Shown: piece after piece, positions 60,932 to 64,000 of the stretch
Numbering within the stretch: the stretch's first letter is position 1
Layout: every line of letters starts with the position of its first letter
Source of the DNA: Fimbriosthenelais zetlandica
Taxonomy: Eukaryota
DNA length: 64,000 bases
Direction of reading: 5' to 3'
NCBI GenBank assembly: GCA_977030845.1
Contig: OZ365112.1
Location: forward strand, 26,536,001 to 26,600,000
Notes under the pieces: generated by a model
What the model was told of the DNA's origin: nothing
Seen by the model: the letters and a program-made list of their open reading frames with translations, nothing else
The model's database searches: none
Position numbers and translations under genes: made by a program

Positions 60932-63840
60932 ATGTTGATTGTCGGAGCAGAAATGCAAGTAGTCCCAGTCCTTTTCATGTTTTTCTCACTCCCCCTGATT
61001 GCCAAAGCCCAGAAATCAGAGTGCTACAACTACAAAAAACCGATTGCCTTTCCCGAGGATGCTTTCGTCCGGGATGGGGATGTCCTCATTGGAGTATTAT
61101 ACTCGGTAAGGGACAAAAGTTCCAATCAGTCTAACCCATGTGGGGGATCGGTGGTCAACTGGCGCCTACAACAGAACATTCAAGCCATTGTCTACTCCAT
61201 TGAGAGGATCAACATGAATAGCTCCCTGCTACCTAATGTCACACTCGGTTTTGCCATGGTTGATGACTGCCGGAATGCCATCACTGCCCTGGGCCAGGCA
61301 ATGATATTCACCCAAGGTTCAGATGAAAAAGGAGCGCAGTGTAGAGATGAGGATTCTGGTTACCAAGTGGCCGCGGTTCTTGGTCCTACTTCCAGTTCCC
61401 GGTCCATCCCGAGTAGCCAACTACTTGGATTATATCATATTCCTCAGATAAGCCCAGAAGCCACGAGCGATGACCTCACTAACCATTTTGACCATGCTTA
61501 CTTCATGAGAATGGTCCCACCAGACAAGAACCAGGGATCTGCAATTGTAGATTTGATCGTTCGGTTTAATTGGACTTATGTATCGCTTCTCTATAGTGCA
61601 GGTAGCTATGGCTCCAACCTAGCCAAGCAAGTGCAGAACAGAGCCAGAGAAAATGCTATTTGCATCGGTAGCATCCATGAGTTTGAAGACAATTACCAGG
61701 ATGAAGACCGCATGGAGCGTACAATTGACAAACTGGTGGAGAACCGTCAATCAGCCAGAGTGCTCATACTCATCATGACGGTGGACCATCTTAGAGAGTT
61801 TTTCCGGACTCTGGTGATGAAGGACGCGGTGGGACAATTTGTCATGATCGGTGGGGACACGTTAGATCAACGATCTTTTGTGGATTATCCGGAAGCCGGC
61901 GTGGGTGTCATGTCCCTGGCTTTCCCATTGGATGTGGACAGGGAATTTGAAACTTATTTTGGTAATTTAAACCCAGACACAACAGGGGGAAATCCCTGGT
62001 TTGAATCCCTGTGGACAAATTTATTTGGTTGCTCATGGAAGGACGACCCCCAATGTCGTGACTATGATAAAATTTCAATAGTAGACAATTATTACATCAG
62101 CTCCTGGACCTCCAAGACCCAAGACGCTGTAAGTGTTGTCGCTAAAGCAATAGAACAGATCATAAAAAAGGACTGCCCAGATGCAGTTGGTAACAGGGTC
62201 AAATTAAGGCAGTGTGTTCAGGGAACTAAACTTCTGAGATATCTCAAAGACGTGTCATTCGACGGGCTCTCAGGTCCAATTGCATTCGACGAGAACGGCG
62301 AATTGATCGGCAACTACCTCGTCAATCAGTTTGTAATAGAAGAAGGCGAGCAAGTATGGAAAACAGTGGCCATTTGGCAAAGAGACACGCTGGGAAAATC
62401 AGGCAACCTGACGTTCCTTCAGGAGCCCAAGTTCTACTTGGCTGGGGAGTTGGGTGGAGAGATAGAAGATGCTTGGGAGGCACCTGAGTCTGTGTGTAGT
62501 CATCCATGTGAGGTGGGCTACATCTACGTACAGAAAGAACTACCGTGTTGCTGGGAGTGCCTCCAATGTCGCGAGAACGAGTATGTAACATCTAATGGTA
62601 CTTCATGTCAGGCGTGTCCTCTTCTCTTTTGGCCTGAAGAATTCACCCGAGAGTCTTGTGAACGCATCAACCCCACTTATCTTGCCATAACTGACCCGTT
62701 TGGGATGACACTAGCCATCCTGGCTATATTTGGACTGATTCTGACCATCGTCTGGACTTATATTCTAATCCGGCATAGTCACCGTAAAGTGATCAAGGCC
62801 AGCTCAGTGCCGGTGACGGGGGTCATCGCTGCAGGTTTCTACGTCTCCTTCATCAGTGCCTTTATCTTTGTGCTTGAACCCTCGGTTGTGAGTTGTAGTA
62901 TAGGTCACGTGGGCTTTCATTTAAGTTGTACACTTCTCTATGGTCCTTTGAGTGTGAAAACTGTCCGCATATACAGGATCTTTGCAGCCTCGAAGAAGTG
63001 TCGGCGTCCTCGGCATTTGGTGAGCCTCAACTCTCAAATGGTTACCATAGGCGTACTCATGGTTATCCAGGTAATGCATAGAACTCACATATTTAATATT
63101 CAGTCATATTTAAATGATAATGTGAAGAAATTCACCATCCAAAGTACTTATAAAGTGACCTTTTTGATACGAATATAGAATAAAAGTTATTGCTTACAGG
63201 TATTAAATGTCCCATTATTTTATGATAAATATCTTTGCAGGTGTTACTGGTAATCATCACTTTCCTCATTGCCAACTGGGAAAAGTACTCTGATGGAGGT
63301 TCCATGTTAGTTCTGCTCGCTCCCTCCAGTCCGCGCCTTGAGATGCCTGTCGTCATACAGGAGTACACAGAGTTGTACTGTGAACGCCACCAGATCGCTC
63401 TCTACCCTCCTCTCGCCTTCAACCTCCTTCTCCTGGTGGTCTGTGACGTCACCGCCTTCCTCACACGGCGTCTGCCAGAGGCCTTCAATGAATCCTGGTT
63501 CATTTTTCTCTCCGTCTCCTCCACGCTCGTCATCTGGATGGCTTTCCTCCCAACTTACTTCATTTTGTTCTTCGCTTTCTTCAAGGAATCCTTGCTCTCC
63601 TTGGCTCTCTTGCTTAATGCTTTTTGTAATATAGTTTTCACATGTGCTCCGAAAATTTACGCCGTCTGGTGGGTGGAAGACGAGGATATCGCTGCTACAT
63701 ATGATATTAATGATACAATGGAGAAAGATAGACGGAGGATGACGAAGAGAATGAATGCATCAGCTTCTGATGTATCAGATGCATCAAAGACAACAGCCAT
63801 CTCTGGTAATGACACGACCAATAAGAAACAGCCACAATAA
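60932..63840 (+). CDS. Class C GPCR, metabotropic glutamate receptor-like (Venus flytrap, nine-cysteine domain, 7TM; 912 aa)
   Basis: Exons 60932-63070 and 63241-63840, with a 170-bp phase-0 intron (CAG|GTAATG..TTTGCAG|GTG). Signal peptide; GDVLIG, IERIN..LLPNVTLGF...DDC, GPTSSS, PQISPEATS, FMRMVPPD, NWTYVS, NPWF; CSHPC..CCWEC..C..C..CP; KTVRIYRIF, PEAFNE, APKIY. Confidence 0.93.
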
Positions 63841-64000
63841 ATGAATGGGGGGATCAGGAAAGGTGATACGAGTGAATAAAATATTGAAACTAGTGTTGCT
63901 AAATTACTTTCGACAGCAATTGCACCTAAACGTTACACGCACAAAGTCAAAATACAACTATCCGTACAGACAAAAGAAACTTTGTCTTGTGATACTCATA

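Overview
This is AT-rich metazoan DNA with spliceosomal introns, not prokaryotic DNA; a lophotrochozoan-type invertebrate is my guess from the domain content. I rebuilt the gene models by hand from GT/GC-AG sites and checked each for frame closure. Positions 1-38.1 kb hold a head-to-tail + strand cluster of cell-surface proteins made of 6-Cys EB-like (EGF-related) modules. Locus A/B is 5'-partial: EB modules, a mucin exon, then either a tailless membrane anchor or more EB modules plus SEA, Ca-binding EGF, TM and a long acidic tail. Four complete paralogs follow (C 605 aa, D 699 aa, E 1515 aa, F 723 aa). Each is signal peptide, 2 LDLa-like domains, 9-27 EB modules, a micro-exon stalk, TM and a tail unrelated to the others. 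All 8 LDLa domains lack the same disulfide (C4-C6). Gene E has 20 consecutive frame-symmetric single-module exons. Positions 38-52 kb look non-coding. They are followed by an intronless class A GPCR (52.6-54.0 kb) and a two-exon mGluR-like class C GPCR (60.9-63.8 kb) whose glutamate-selectivity residues appear replaced. Introns contain a TIR-bounded 20-bp repeat element and 51-bp and 45-bp minisatellites. No RNA genes or CRISPR arrays were recognised, and no database searches were run.
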